Virus record (IMG/VR): IMGVR_UViG_3300037423_000480 | Coordinates: 9,223 to 73,222 of that record | DNA from: a virus | Direction: 5' to 3' (one strand) | DNA length: 64,000 nucleotides | Shown here: piece after piece, positions 52,294-62,496 of the stretch | Layout of the letters: each line of letters opens with the position of its first letter | Numbering within the stretch: position 1 is the first letter of the stretch | The notes under the pieces: model-generated | The model's database searches: none | Told to the model about the DNA's origin: nothing | The model's input: the letters and a program-made list of their open reading frames with translations, nothing else | Program-made: the position numbers and the translations under genes

Positions 52294-54324
52294 ATGTTCG
52301 AAGCTTATAAGATCGGGGTCACCCTGTCGTTGACGAATCACGTCAGCCGCGGCCTGGCCCTGATGGCGCGCGATTTCGCCGCGACCGACGCGCAGGCAAC
52401 CCAGTTGCAAAAGCGCATCGACTCCATCCAGCGCGATGCTCTCAAGGGCGGTCTGATGCTCGGCGCTGGTGTTGCAATGCTAACACTATTCAAAGCGCCG
52501 CTCGAAGAAGCCAAAAAGTTCGAGCAGCAGGTAGGCAAGTTCAAGCTGTTAGGCCTGTCCGACGCGCAGAACGCCGACGCCGTTCGCTTCGTGCGCGCGA
52601 TGGACACGATGGGCACCAGCTACGTCGAGAACATGAAGCTAATGACCGAGGCGCAGGGCGTGTTCCGCGAGTCCGGCCTGCCGGGCGCGCACGCGCTCGA
52701 AGGCGCCAAGATCGCAGCGCCGATGCTGGCCAAGATCCAGTTCGCGACCGCGGCACTGGACGACGAATCGAAGGCCAAGATGCACACGCAGAGCCTGGCC
52801 ATGCTGCGCTTCATCGAGATGCGCGGAGGCCTGAAGGACGCGGCCACGTTCAACGCGATCAGCGACGCCGGCTGGAAGGCGATCCAGTCATCCGGCGGTA
52901 ACGTCAACTGGGAGCAGTTGCGCCAGTTCATGGCGCGCGGCGGTGTGGCGGCGCAGGGCCTTACCGACGCCTCGCTGTTCGGCAAGCTCGAACCGATCAT
53001 CAGCGAGCTCAAGGGCAGCACTGCGGGCAATGCCTGGATGACCGCCTTCAACCGCCTGGTGGGCGGCGTGCGGATCCCGAACCAGGTAGCGCATCTGCTG
53101 GCCGAAAACGGCATCTGGGACAAAAACAAGATCGAGTGGAACAGTCAAGGCGGCATCAAGCGCTTCGACGGCAACCCGCTCAAGGACATGGCGACCTTCT
53201 CCCGCGACCCGGTCGATTTCTACGAGAAGAACATCCTGCCGATGTACTCGCGCATGAACGGCGGCAAGGGGCTGGACATGGCCGAGCGCGCCCGCGAGAA
53301 CATCATGATCTTCGGGCGCACCGGCGGCGCCATGTTCTCGCTGATCGACCGGCAGCTCGCCACCATTCACCGATCGGTCGATGCCTGGAACAAGGCGCGC
53401 GGCGTAGACGATTCGGCCAAAGTAGCGGGCAGCACGCTGGCCGGCAAGGAGGTCGACCTGCACGCGAAGTGGGCTAAGGTGATGAATGACCTTGGCAATA
53501 CTGTGCTGCCCTACGCGATTTCCGGGGTCGAGAAGCTGACCGGCGCGCTGCGCTGGGCTGACGGCTGGATCAATCGCAACCAGACTGGCGTTAGGTTGCT
53601 GGCGGGTGCCTTGGCACTGCTGGCGGGCGGCCTGATGATGCGTGGCTCCGTGCTCCTGCTGTCGGCCGCGTTCCGTGGGCTCGGCCTGGCGCTGATGTTC
53701 AACAGCGTCGGCGGGCTTGCCGGCCTGCTGAAGCTCGGACCAGCCATCGCGTGGATCGGGCGAGGCCTGGGCGCGATCGGCGGCGTTGTCGGCCTCGCGA
53801 CGATGGGTTCCACATTGGTCGCGATCGGCGCCGGTTTCGCCGGCTGGAAGCTCGGCACCTGGTTCAACGACGCCTTCGTCAGCGGCACGAAGTTCCAGAC
53901 CTGGCTGGGGGGCTTCATCGCGCACTTGCTTGCCCCGTTCAGCAAGGACGCGCGCGACGCGATCAAACAGAACACCGGAAAGGAGTGGTACCAGTTCGGA
54001 CCGGCGCTCAACAGCGCGAAGCCGCCTGTCGCTGAAGCGCCGCGCTGGTATCCGTTCGGCAGCGCGGCACCGGTTATCGCCGCTGCCCAGCAGCGCCCCG
54101 TCGCGATCCATACCGGCGGCAGCGAGCGCCCGCCGGCCGCCCCGGCGCCCTACGCCGCACCGAAACCGCAGCCGCTGCAGATCGTGAACAACACGTATCT
54201 GGACGGACGCCTGATCGCGCGGGACGTGGTCGAGCGTGTCGCGCAAGAGTCCATGCGGCCGGCGTCGGGCGTGAGCGGCGTCGATCCGCGCATGGGCTTC
54301 ATGTCCCCGTCAATGGTGAGGTAA
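52294..54324 (+). CDS. Tail tape measure protein
   Basis: 676 aa helical Ala/Gly-rich with C-terminal hydrophobic stretch; 'MFEAYKIGVTLSL' start. Confidence 0.85.
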   Translation: MFEAYKIGVTLSLTNHVSRGLALMARDFAATDAQATQLQKRIDSIQRDALKGGLMLGAGVAMLTLFKAPLEEAKKFEQQVGKFKLLGLSDAQNADAVRFVRAMDTMGTSYVENMKLMTEAQGVFRESGLPGAHALEGAKIAAPMLAKIQFATAALDDESKAKMHTQSLAMLRFIEMRGGLKDAATFNAISDAGWKAIQSSGGNVNWEQLRQFMARGGVAAQGLTDASLFGKLEPIISELKGSTAGNAWMTAFNRLVGGVRIPNQVAHLLAENGIWDKNKIEWNSQGGIKRFDGNPLKDMATFSRDPVDFYEKNILPMYSRMNGGKGLDMAERARENIMIFGRTGGAMFSLIDRQLATIHRSVDAWNKARGVDDSAKVAGSTLAGKEVDLHAKWAKVMNDLGNTVLPYAISGVEKLTGALRWADGWINRNQTGVRLLAGALALLAGGLMMRGSVLLLSAAFRGLGLALMFNSVGGLAGLLKLGPAIAWIGRGLGAIGGVVGLATMGSTLVAIGAGFAGWKLGTWFNDAFVSGTKFQTWLGGFIAHLLAPFSKDARDAIKQNTGKEWYQFGPALNSAKPPVAEAPRWYPFGSAAPVIAAAQQRPVAIHTGGSERPPAAPAPYAAPKPQPLQIVNNTYLDGRLIARDVVERVAQESMRPASGVSGVDPRMGFMSPSMVR

Positions 54325-54327
54325 TTC

Positions 54328-55305
54328 ATGGCAAGCAACCCCGATACCATCTTGGTATTGAGCTCGCCCACACGCGGCGACTTCATGTTCTCGGGCCACG
54401 AGATTCCCGAGAAAATCAACTTCGGCGGCGACCAGCAGCTCATCGAACACAACCTGGTAGGTGGCGCGCGCGTGGTCGACTCCATGGGTCGTAACGACGC
54501 ACCTATGGAGTGGGCTGGAATCTTCGTCGGTGGCGAGGCTCTGGCGCGGGCGCTACTTCTGGATGGTATGCGCGCCGATGGACTGCCGCTCGACCTGAGC
54601 TGGTCCGAGCTCTCGTATCGCGTGGTGATCGCGTCGTTCCGCGCCGATTTTGAGCGCCGCTACCAAATCCCGTACACGATCCGTTGCACCGTCATTCAGG
54701 ACAAGACGCGGCCTGGTGCGGGCGCTCAGTCGAACATCGACGATGCGATCCGCGGCGACATGGCCACGGCAACGGGTCTCGGCGCGCAGGTCGGTGATTC
54801 GACGCTCTCCGGCCTGCTCGGCAATCTGGGCAGCGCCGTGGGCGCGGTCAGCAGCTTCGCGAAAGCGACGCAGTCGACCATCAACAGCGTGCTCGCCCCG
54901 GTCGGCGCCGTGACCGCGCAGGTCAACACGCTGATCGCGTCGTCTGCCAACACGATCGCGAACGTGGCAACGGTCGGCGGCATCCTGCCGAACAACCCGA
55001 TCGCGCAGCAGGCAGCGAGGCTGACAGGCCAGGTCACGGCCATGACCCAGTTGCCGGTGCTGTACCAGCTGCAGTCGGTGGTCGGGCGGATCGGCGCCAA
55101 CGTGATCAGCGTCGGCGCATCAGGCCAGCAAGTCGTGACCGCCGGCGGCAACCTGTACCAGCTCTCGGCGGCTCACTACGGCGACGCCAGCGAATGGACC
55201 GGCATCGCCCGCGCCAACGGTCTGACCGACCCGCAGCTCGTTGGCGTCAACAAGATCAAGATTCCTGCCCTCCCCGAGGGGGTCAAAGGGGTGTTTGCCG
55301 CATGA
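54328..55305 (+). CDS. Baseplate/tube initiator protein with C-terminal LysM-like motif
   Basis: 'GGNLYQLSAAHYGDASEWTGIARANGLTDP'. Confidence 0.72.
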   Translation: MASNPDTILVLSSPTRGDFMFSGHEIPEKINFGGDQQLIEHNLVGGARVVDSMGRNDAPMEWAGIFVGGEALARALLLDGMRADGLPLDLSWSELSYRVVIASFRADFERRYQIPYTIRCTVIQDKTRPGAGAQSNIDDAIRGDMATATGLGAQVGDSTLSGLLGNLGSAVGAVSSFAKATQSTINSVLAPVGAVTAQVNTLIASSANTIANVATVGGILPNNPIAQQAARLTGQVTAMTQLPVLYQLQSVVGRIGANVISVGASGQQVVTAGGNLYQLSAAHYGDASEWTGIARANGLTDPQLVGVNKIKIPALPEGVKGVFAA

Positions 55306-56438
55306 ACCAGTTCGTCAACAACCCGTCGCCAGCTTCGGAGGCGCGCCAGCCGCGCGGCATCGTCAGGATCAACGGTGCCGCAGTCCCCGGCTGGCTCGAG
55401 TTCGAGGTCGAGAACAACGTGTTCTTCCACGCCGACACGTTCCGCTGCAGCTTTGCCGTCTCGGCCCTGCCCAGCGAGTACGGCCCGGCGTGGTGGGCAA
55501 GCCAGTCGACAATCCACATCGAGCTGCTCGCCGGCTTCCCGGCCGACCCGGAGAATTTCACCGCTGCGGACCTCGACAGTTTCATCTACGGGCGCGTGGA
55601 CGAGATCACCTATGACGCAAGCGGCACGGTCATCGAGGTGACCGGCCGCGACCTGACAGCCGCGTTCATCGACGCCAAGACCTACGAGCAGTTCGTGAAC
55701 CAGACGGCCAGCCAGATCGCGACCACGCTGGCGCAGCGCCACGGCATGACGCCGGTCGTCACCGCGACCAGCACCAAGGTCGGCAGCTACTACGAGATCG
55801 AGAACCGGCGCGTGCCGCTTAACCGCAGCGAATGGGACTTGCTGACCTGGCTCGCGCACGAGGAAGGCTTCTCGGTCTACGTGGCCGGCCAGGAGCTGCA
55901 CTTCGAGCCGCAGGCCGAGCCAGGCGCGGAGCAGTACGCGCTGCGCTGGGTGTCGCCGACAGCAGATGGCGGCGCGCCGACCTTCAACGGCAAGCGCCTG
56001 GTCTGCAGCCGCAACCTGACGCTGGCGAACGACATCATCGTCTACGTGCGCAGCTGGAACACGATGCAGAAGAAGGGGTTCACGGTGAAGGCGCAGGCCA
56101 CGCACACGAAAAAGGCGATCGGTCGCGGCAGCGCGCCGGCAGCCGGACCTGAGCAGGTCTACAGCTTCGTGCGACCAGGCCTTACCAAGGAACAGGCGCA
56201 GGCCTACGCAAACCAGCGCCTACGCGAGCTGTCCGCCCACGAGATGAAGATCAGCGCGGAGCTCCCGGGCGACAACCTGCTGACGATGCGAACGCTGATC
56301 GACCTATCCGGCACCGGCACGGCGTTCGACCAGACCTACTACCCGGACAGCATCGTGCGCGCGCTGAGCGTGCGTGACGGCTACACGATGCGCGTCACGG
56401 CCAAGAATCACAGCCCAGAGTCCGAGGTACTTGCGTGA
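55302..56438 (+). CDS. Baseplate hub protein (gp27/late control D-like)
   Basis: 'GRD.TA..ID', 'EWD.L..LA..EGF', position. Confidence 0.8.
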   Translation: MNQFVNNPSPASEARQPRGIVRINGAAVPGWLEFEVENNVFFHADTFRCSFAVSALPSEYGPAWWASQSTIHIELLAGFPADPENFTAADLDSFIYGRVDEITYDASGTVIEVTGRDLTAAFIDAKTYEQFVNQTASQIATTLAQRHGMTPVVTATSTKVGSYYEIENRRVPLNRSEWDLLTWLAHEEGFSVYVAGQELHFEPQAEPGAEQYALRWVSPTADGGAPTFNGKRLVCSRNLTLANDIIVYVRSWNTMQKKGFTVKAQATHTKKAIGRGSAPAAGPEQVYSFVRPGLTKEQAQAYANQRLRELSAHEMKISAELPGDNLLTMRTLIDLSGTGTAFDQTYYPDSIVRALSVRDGYTMRVTAKNHSPESEVLA

Positions 56439-57025
56439 ACCGATTGCACAACATTATGCGTATGCAGGCTCAGATGGCGGCCAGCGACACGGCACTGCCG
56501 AAGACCGGCATCGTGACCAGCTACGACCCCGACCACTACGCAGTCAAGGTCAAACTACAGCCGGAGGACACCATCGAGACCGGCTGGCTGCCACTCCTGT
56601 CGCCGTGGGTCGGCAACGGATGGGGCATGTTCTGCGCGCCATCGGTGGGCGATTCGGTAGAAATCCAGTTCGAGCAGGGCGGCGCCGAGGCAGCGTTTGC
56701 GTGCATGCGCTTCTTCAACGACCAGGACCGGCCGCTGGCCGCGCCAAGTGGCGAATTCTGGCTCGTGCACAAGTCAGGCTCAATGCTGAAGTTCCACAAC
56801 GACGGGACGGTCGAGTTGGCATCCAGTTCGCACCTGACGGCGACAGTGGGCGGCAACCTGACCGCGACCGTGCAGGGCGACGCCGAAGTGGACGCGCAAG
56901 GTTCGATCACCCACAAGGGCGGCGGGGCAAGCAGCGCCGGCGGCGTGGTGCAGAAGGACTGCATCTGCGCCTTCACCGGCAAGCCGCACGTCATGATTTC
57001 CTCCACCGTGAAGGCATCCAAATAA
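56435..57025 (+). CDS. Baseplate central spike (gpV/gp45-like)
   Basis: 'GIVTSYDP...VKV.LQP...TGWLP...PSVGD.V' OB fold + beta repeats; GTG start. Confidence 0.85.
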   Translation: MNRLHNIMRMQAQMAASDTALPKTGIVTSYDPDHYAVKVKLQPEDTIETGWLPLLSPWVGNGWGMFCAPSVGDSVEIQFEQGGAEAAFACMRFFNDQDRPLAAPSGEFWLVHKSGSMLKFHNDGTVELASSSHLTATVGGNLTATVQGDAEVDAQGSITHKGGGASSAGGVVQKDCICAFTGKPHVMISSTVKASK

Positions 57026-57240
57026 TGGCCCTCTCCGCAGCGAGCCTGAAAGGCCGCATCGACACGTACATGGCTGCAATCGGCGCGACGCAGACCAGCG
57101 ACGCTACTACGGCGCAGTCGTACCACGACCAGATGCTGCTGGCTCTATGCCAGGGCATCGTCGACGAGATCACCAGCAACGCGGTCGTCCACACAGTCGA
57201 CAGCCGGGGTGACACCTGCAACAACGGGACGATCACCTGA
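57025..57240 (+). CDS. Small baseplate-region protein (71 aa)
   Basis: TAATG and TGATG coupling on both sides. Confidence 0.6.
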   Translation: MALSAASLKGRIDTYMAAIGATQTSDATTAQSYHDQMLLALCQGIVDEITSNAVVHTVDSRGDTCNNGTIT

Positions 57241-57605
57241 TGAACGACCTCAACCACTACGTCGGCTCGGACCTCTCCGCGTCGATCACTGGCGACTTGC
57301 AGCAGATCGACGGAGCGACCAAAGGTCAACAGCGCGTGCTGCGGCGCCTGCTCACGAATCCCGGCGAATACCTGTTCCATCCCGAGTATGGCGCGGGCCT
57401 GGGCCAGATGATCGGCACGGTCACGGATGTGGCCAAGATCACGGCGCTGATACGAGGCCAGATCCTGCTGGAGGAAGCCGTAGCCAAGGTGCCTCCGCCG
57501 CAAATCAGCGTGACCGTGATTCCCAACGGCGTCGCCGTCAACATCCAGTACACGGACTCGGTCACGAAGTCCGCCCAGGTGCTTTCTTTCGACGTGAATC
57601 GGTAG
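57240..57605 (+). CDS. Baseplate wedge protein (gp25/gpW-like)
   Basis: 'LRRLLTNPGEYLFHPEYGAGL'. Confidence 0.8.
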   Translation: MNDLNHYVGSDLSASITGDLQQIDGATKGQQRVLRRLLTNPGEYLFHPEYGAGLGQMIGTVTDVAKITALIRGQILLEEAVAKVPPPQISVTVIPNGVAVNIQYTDSVTKSAQVLSFDVNR

Positions 57606-57608
57606 ACC

Positions 57609-58733
57609 ATGCCCATTACCACCAAAGACTTCCCTACCCTCGTGTCGCAGCAGGTCGCGGCGATTCAGGCCGGCGCCAGCACGCTGATCGACCTGACCGT
57701 CGGCTCGGTACTGCGTGCCATCGTCGAGGCCAATGCCGCAGTTATCCTGTGGCTGCAAGGCCTGATCCTGCAGCTGCTGGCGACCACGCGCGCGGCGACG
57801 TCGAACGGCAAAGACCTCGACACGTTCGTTGAGGATTTCGGCCTCGCGCGCCTAGCCGCCATTGCCGCCACCGGCAAGGTGACGTTCGCGCGTTTCACCG
57901 CGACGATACAGGCCACGATCCCGCTCGGCACGACCGTACAGACCGCCGACGGCACGCAGGCCTACAGCGTGGTGGCCGACGCTTCGAACAGCGCGTACAA
58001 CGCAACGCTGGGCGTCTACGTGATCCCGGTCGGCACCTCCAGCGCGCAAGTCACGGTGCAGGCGAACACGCCCGGCGCCGGCGCGAACGCGGCGGCGGGC
58101 CAGATTAACACCCTTGCTTCCGCCGTGCCCTACGTGGACACCGTCAGTAATGCGGTGGCCTTCACCAGCGGGCAGGATGAGGAAAAGGACCCCGCGCTGC
58201 GCCGGCGCTTCGTCGGCTACATTGCCAGCCTGTCGAAAGCCACGAAGAACGCGATCGGCACCGCGATCACCGGCGTGCAGCCGGGCATGCACTACACACT
58301 GGTCGAGAACCAGACCTATGCCGGCGCGACGCAACTGGGCTTCTTCTTCGCGGTCGTGGACGACGGTACCGGTGTTCCGCCTTCCTCCCTGATCACGCAG
58401 GTGAGCAACGCGATCGACGCCGTGCGCCCGCTGACTTCGACGTTCGCTGTGTACGCGCCCGTGGTGGTTACGGCCAACATCGCCATGACCGTGACGGTTG
58501 CCAGTGGCTACGACGCGACCTCGACCAAGGCGACCGTGCAGGCCGCGCTGCTCGCACTGGTCAACGGACTGCAACTCGGCCAGACGCTGCCCTACACGCG
58601 CCTCGTGCAAGCCGCCTACGACGCCTCCCCAGGCGTGACCAACGTCACCGGCATCACCCTGAACGGCGGCACGGCAGACCTCACGGCAAACACCTACTCG
58701 GTCATCAAGGCCGGCGTTATTACCATCAATTAA
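57609..58733 (+). CDS. Baseplate J/gp47-like protein
   Basis: 'DLTVGSVLRAI', 'A.G.VTF', 'G.D.E.D..LR.RF'. Confidence 0.88.
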   Translation: MPITTKDFPTLVSQQVAAIQAGASTLIDLTVGSVLRAIVEANAAVILWLQGLILQLLATTRAATSNGKDLDTFVEDFGLARLAAIAATGKVTFARFTATIQATIPLGTTVQTADGTQAYSVVADASNSAYNATLGVYVIPVGTSSAQVTVQANTPGAGANAAAGQINTLASAVPYVDTVSNAVAFTSGQDEEKDPALRRRFVGYIASLSKATKNAIGTAITGVQPGMHYTLVENQTYAGATQLGFFFAVVDDGTGVPPSSLITQVSNAIDAVRPLTSTFAVYAPVVVTANIAMTVTVASGYDATSTKATVQAALLALVNGLQLGQTLPYTRLVQAAYDASPGVTNVTGITLNGGTADLTANTYSVIKAGVITIN

Positions 58734-58749
58734 CCACCTGGAGCGCGTA

Positions 58750-61700
58750 ATGCAGCATTGCACCAATAGCGTCGTCAACACCAGCATCGGCGCAGTCCCG
58801 TACGCGAACATCGCAGTGACCAACCTGGACGGCACGCCGGCTCAGCTCTATTCGGATAATGGCATCACCGCGATCACCGGGAACGTCGCAATCGCTGACA
58901 AGTACGGAAACTTCAGCTTTTACGCGGCCAACGGGCGCTACGTCCTCACGATCTCCGGCGGCGGCATTGACACGATCGTCGTGGCTGACTTGCTGCTGTA
59001 TGACCCGGTCGATGAACAGGCTAACATCAATGCCGCGCTACAGGCCCGCTCTGATGCGCAAGGCTATGCGAACCAATCGGCATCGAGTGCAGTCCAGGCC
59101 AACAACGCGCGCGACGCCGCCATTGCAGCCTGGCAGGCAGGCACGGCGCCCAACGAGCAACTGTCGGCCATTAGCAAACAGTTCCATGTTGGCTCTATCG
59201 TCGACGTGTTCCTGTACGACACCAGGCGCGACAGCGACGGCGGCGTATGGCGCAAGCGCTGCAGGCACACCAGCTGGGAGAACGAAGTGCTGCCCTCGGG
59301 GCGCTGGATGGGCTATCAAGCCAACCTGGCCGGCGCAATAGCTGCTGGATCCACGACCGGCGACTACTACCAGTCGGCTGTCGATGGTAAGTTCTACCTG
59401 TTCACCGCTCCGGGCACGATCACGGAGACCTGGCGCGGCAACACGCGCGAGTTTCCGGCGCTGGCTCTGATCGTGGCCGAATCCAGCCGCGTGATCGTCT
59501 ATGACGCCACCCACCCGGAACTGCCGATGTGGATGGTGTTCGCCGTTGGCGTGACCTCCTACTCGACTGGCAATGCCATCGCCATCGGCACGCTCAGCTC
59601 AGTCACGGCGGTCAATGGAACAATCCTGATCGGATCGAACAATGCGACCGACGGATCGCTGATGACGGCCTCCATGCTGGCCGACACGTTCCGCCTGTCG
59701 CAGTTCGATGCCGCGATTGGTGGCCTGTATCGGGGGCGCATCGCTGACCGCAACAGCGGCAAGGGCTACCCCCAGTCAAACGCCGGTTATACCATCATCA
59801 GCAAGTTTGTTAACGACGTCGCCGCAACCGTGCTGCCCGATGCGCCGATTGATCCATCTACCGGCTTGGCAGCGCCAACCGTCGCCGTGGCGACGAGCGC
59901 CGGCATGAGCGTACTTAAGCACGATGGCACGGTGGTCAACGCTTCCGAAACGTCGTCCACCAAGGCTGTATGGTTCGCTGGTAAAACCCTGGTGCGCGAG
60001 TACGTGAATGGCGTGTGCCCTATCCAGTACCCGGCGTACCTTTCCGCGACCTTCGTGCAGTCGGCACAGTACGACTTGACGCACATTCCCTACGTGCTCG
60101 CTACCGCGCTGGCCTGTGGCACTTCGACCAAGGACTCATACGCCGCAGGCGGATCGACGGCGCTGACGCTGCTCAAGGAAAATCCGGCTTCCCCACAAAA
60201 AGGCATGTCGGCTTTCATCACCAATGCCTACAATAGCGGCTGGCAGGTTGGCGACATTCGCGGCGCCTGGCTGGCCGACACTGTGGCCGAAGTGGTCAGC
60301 GCTAGCGGCGAGCTGGTCACGAACGGGACGTTCACTACGGATACGAGCGGGTGGAGCGAAACCAACTTCTCAACCATTGCTGCCGTCGGTGGAAAGCTGC
60401 AGATCACGAGCGATAACACCGGCAGCCATGCGGGAGGTGTCTACCAAGCCCTCACTGTAATACCGGGTCGAACTTACAAAATCGTTTTTGACTATACCCC
60501 CGGCACCTGCCCGGTAGCTCTGTTGAACGTTGGCAGCTCAATCGGCACCTCGGCATTTGCGCAGTTGGTTATCCCAGGAGTAGCCGGCACTTATTCAGTT
60601 GACATTACGCCGAATGTCTCCACCGTCTACCTGTCGTTCTATAACAATGTAGTAACGGCCAGTGTTACTTCACTGTTCGACAACATCAGCGTCAAACTCG
60701 CCGTCCCCGACCGTAGCGTAAAAAAACGTGGGTTGACGATCAACGGCAGCCTGACCAAAGCGGCTATTGCCACTGGCGCGCAGCTTGTTGCGTTCAGCGG
60801 GTTCAGTGTATCCAGCTACCTCGAGCAGCCTTACAACAGCGATCTGGATTTCGGAACGGGTGACCTCTGTGTGATGGGCTGGGTTAGCACCACTTCCGCG
60901 AGTTCGGAAGTCCTGTTCTCTCGCTGCGACCCCGCGTTTTCCGGCGCGGTCATCGAGTTGCGACTCGACGCAGTGGCGCACGACCTGAGGGCCATCGTCG
61001 GAACGGTGGGCTACACCACATACGACAACGTTTATAGCGGTAAAATCCTTCAGGGTGCGGGGTACACCCACGTTTGTCTCCTGCGCACTGGCGGCAAGCT
61101 CTACCTGTATCAGAACGGCGTGCTGGCGGCGTCCCTCACCAGCGTTAATTCCGCAGGCAGCTTGTCCAACGCTAACGCTAAGGCACGCCTTGGCTGCGCG
61201 CTGGATGGAAGCGCCCCGGCGTCCACGGCCTCCCTCTCCCTCTGGCGCGCTTCCGCCACAGCTCCGTCGGCAGACCAGATCGCCCAAATCTACCGCGACG
61301 AGTTGGCCTTGTTCCAGCCGGGCGCGCAATGCACGATAGATGGCACCAGCACCAACGTTACCGGGCTTGCCTACGACGACACCGCCGACCTACTGCATAT
61401 CGGCACCAGCTGGGGCCGCTCGGCATTTAAGGGTCTGCAGCGCGTGGAGAGCAGCGCGACGTCGGTGGGCGCGGTCACGGCGCTGTCGGCCGCCCTTGGC
61501 GCGCACATCACCGGAGGCCAGAACGCGGCGCGCTACGTGCAACCGGCGATGCAGCTGCGCGACGAACTACGGCGACGTGACGAGCTGCGGTGGGCAAGGA
61601 CCAAGGAAATCATAACGGTCGACCTCGACTTCACGCCAGGCCAAATCAGCTACACACTGCCATACGGCTTCACCGCCACGAACCTGTGGGCAGTAGGCGC

Positions 61701-61845
61701 CCCGAAGCGCGAAGGCTCGACCAAGGACTACACCCGTTCATTTGACGGGTACCGCGAAACGATCACGTTCGCCGTCGCGCCGCTGGCATCGGGCGGCAGC
61801 GGTACCGCATGGGTGCGCCTTGACATGAGCAGGAGCGCAGCATGA
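58750..61845 (+). CDS. Large receptor-binding/tail fibre protein with CBM-like and LamG-like domains
   Basis: 1031 aa; N-terminal adaptor, 'ELVTNGTFTTDTSGW' CBM-like, 'YTHVCLLRTGGKLYLYQNG' LamG-like. Confidence 0.75.
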   Translation: MQHCTNSVVNTSIGAVPYANIAVTNLDGTPAQLYSDNGITAITGNVAIADKYGNFSFYAANGRYVLTISGGGIDTIVVADLLLYDPVDEQANINAALQARSDAQGYANQSASSAVQANNARDAAIAAWQAGTAPNEQLSAISKQFHVGSIVDVFLYDTRRDSDGGVWRKRCRHTSWENEVLPSGRWMGYQANLAGAIAAGSTTGDYYQSAVDGKFYLFTAPGTITETWRGNTREFPALALIVAESSRVIVYDATHPELPMWMVFAVGVTSYSTGNAIAIGTLSSVTAVNGTILIGSNNATDGSLMTASMLADTFRLSQFDAAIGGLYRGRIADRNSGKGYPQSNAGYTIISKFVNDVAATVLPDAPIDPSTGLAAPTVAVATSAGMSVLKHDGTVVNASETSSTKAVWFAGKTLVREYVNGVCPIQYPAYLSATFVQSAQYDLTHIPYVLATALACGTSTKDSYAAGGSTALTLLKENPASPQKGMSAFITNAYNSGWQVGDIRGAWLADTVAEVVSASGELVTNGTFTTDTSGWSETNFSTIAAVGGKLQITSDNTGSHAGGVYQALTVIPGRTYKIVFDYTPGTCPVALLNVGSSIGTSAFAQLVIPGVAGTYSVDITPNVSTVYLSFYNNVVTASVTSLFDNISVKLAVPDRSVKKRGLTINGSLTKAAIATGAQLVAFSGFSVSSYLEQPYNSDLDFGTGDLCVMGWVSTTSASSEVLFSRCDPAFSGAVIELRLDAVAHDLRAIVGTVGYTTYDNVYSGKILQGAGYTHVCLLRTGGKLYLYQNGVLAASLTSVNSAGSLSNANAKARLGCALDGSAPASTASLSLWRASATAPSADQIAQIYRDELALFQPGAQCTIDGTSTNVTGLAYDDTADLLHIGTSWGRSAFKGLQRVESSATSVGAVTALSAALGAHITGGQNAARYVQPAMQLRDELRRRDELRWARTKEIITVDLDFTPGQISYTLPYGFTATNLWAVGAPKREGSTKDYTRSFDGYRETITFAVAPLASGGSGTAWVRLDMSRSAA

Positions 61846-62435
61846 CGATTATCACGCGAGCAACCGGTGACAAGCTGGACATGCTCGGCCGCCTGCGCGC
61901 CCTGCTGCCGCGCTGGTTCAACGACGACGCGACGCTGGTCACGGCTGTACTGCAGGGTTACGCAAACGCAGCTGCTTTCGTCTACGGGCTCTACGTCTAC
62001 GCGAAGATGCAGACCCGCATCTCGACCGCGACCGAAGGTTGGCTCGACATGATCGCGGCCGACTACTTCGGGTCGAGCGTCTCTCGCAAAGCAGGCCAGA
62101 GCGATGACTCGTTCCGGACGGTCATCCTCGGCAACCTGCTACGCGAGCGCGCGACGCACGACGCGATGGTGAAGGCGCTCAGGGACTTAACTGGGCGCAC
62201 GCCGCGGGTGATCGAGCTGCGACGCCCCTTGGACACCGGCGCCTACGGTTATCTGTACGGCTACGGCGTGCGCGGCGCTTACGGCTCGGCGTGGCAAGGC
62301 CCATATCAGGCCTTCGTGACCGCGTACCGGCCGCTGGCGGGGTCCGGCTACGCAGCGACGGACGCCGATATCTATGCCACCATCGACGCCGTGAAGCCTG
62401 CGGGAACGGTCATCTGGACCGCGATCTCGAACTGA
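61842..62435 (+). CDS. Baseplate wedge protein (gp48/gpI-like)
   Basis: 'ATEGWLDMIAADYFG', 'AVKPAGT..W'. Confidence 0.72.
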   Translation: MTIITRATGDKLDMLGRLRALLPRWFNDDATLVTAVLQGYANAAAFVYGLYVYAKMQTRISTATEGWLDMIAADYFGSSVSRKAGQSDDSFRTVILGNLLRERATHDAMVKALRDLTGRTPRVIELRRPLDTGAYGYLYGYGVRGAYGSAWQGPYQAFVTAYRPLAGSGYAATDADIYATIDAVKPAGTVIWTAISN

Positions 62436-62455
62436 GTGCCAACCGCATCAACCAC

Positions 62456-62480
62456 AGCCCCGCTGCGCGCGGGGCTTTTC
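62456..62480 (+). terminator. Terminator-like hairpin
   Basis: AGCCCCGC-tgcgc-GCGGGGCT + TTTC. Confidence 0.5.
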
Positions 62481-62496
62481 ATTTGAAGGAGCACAT

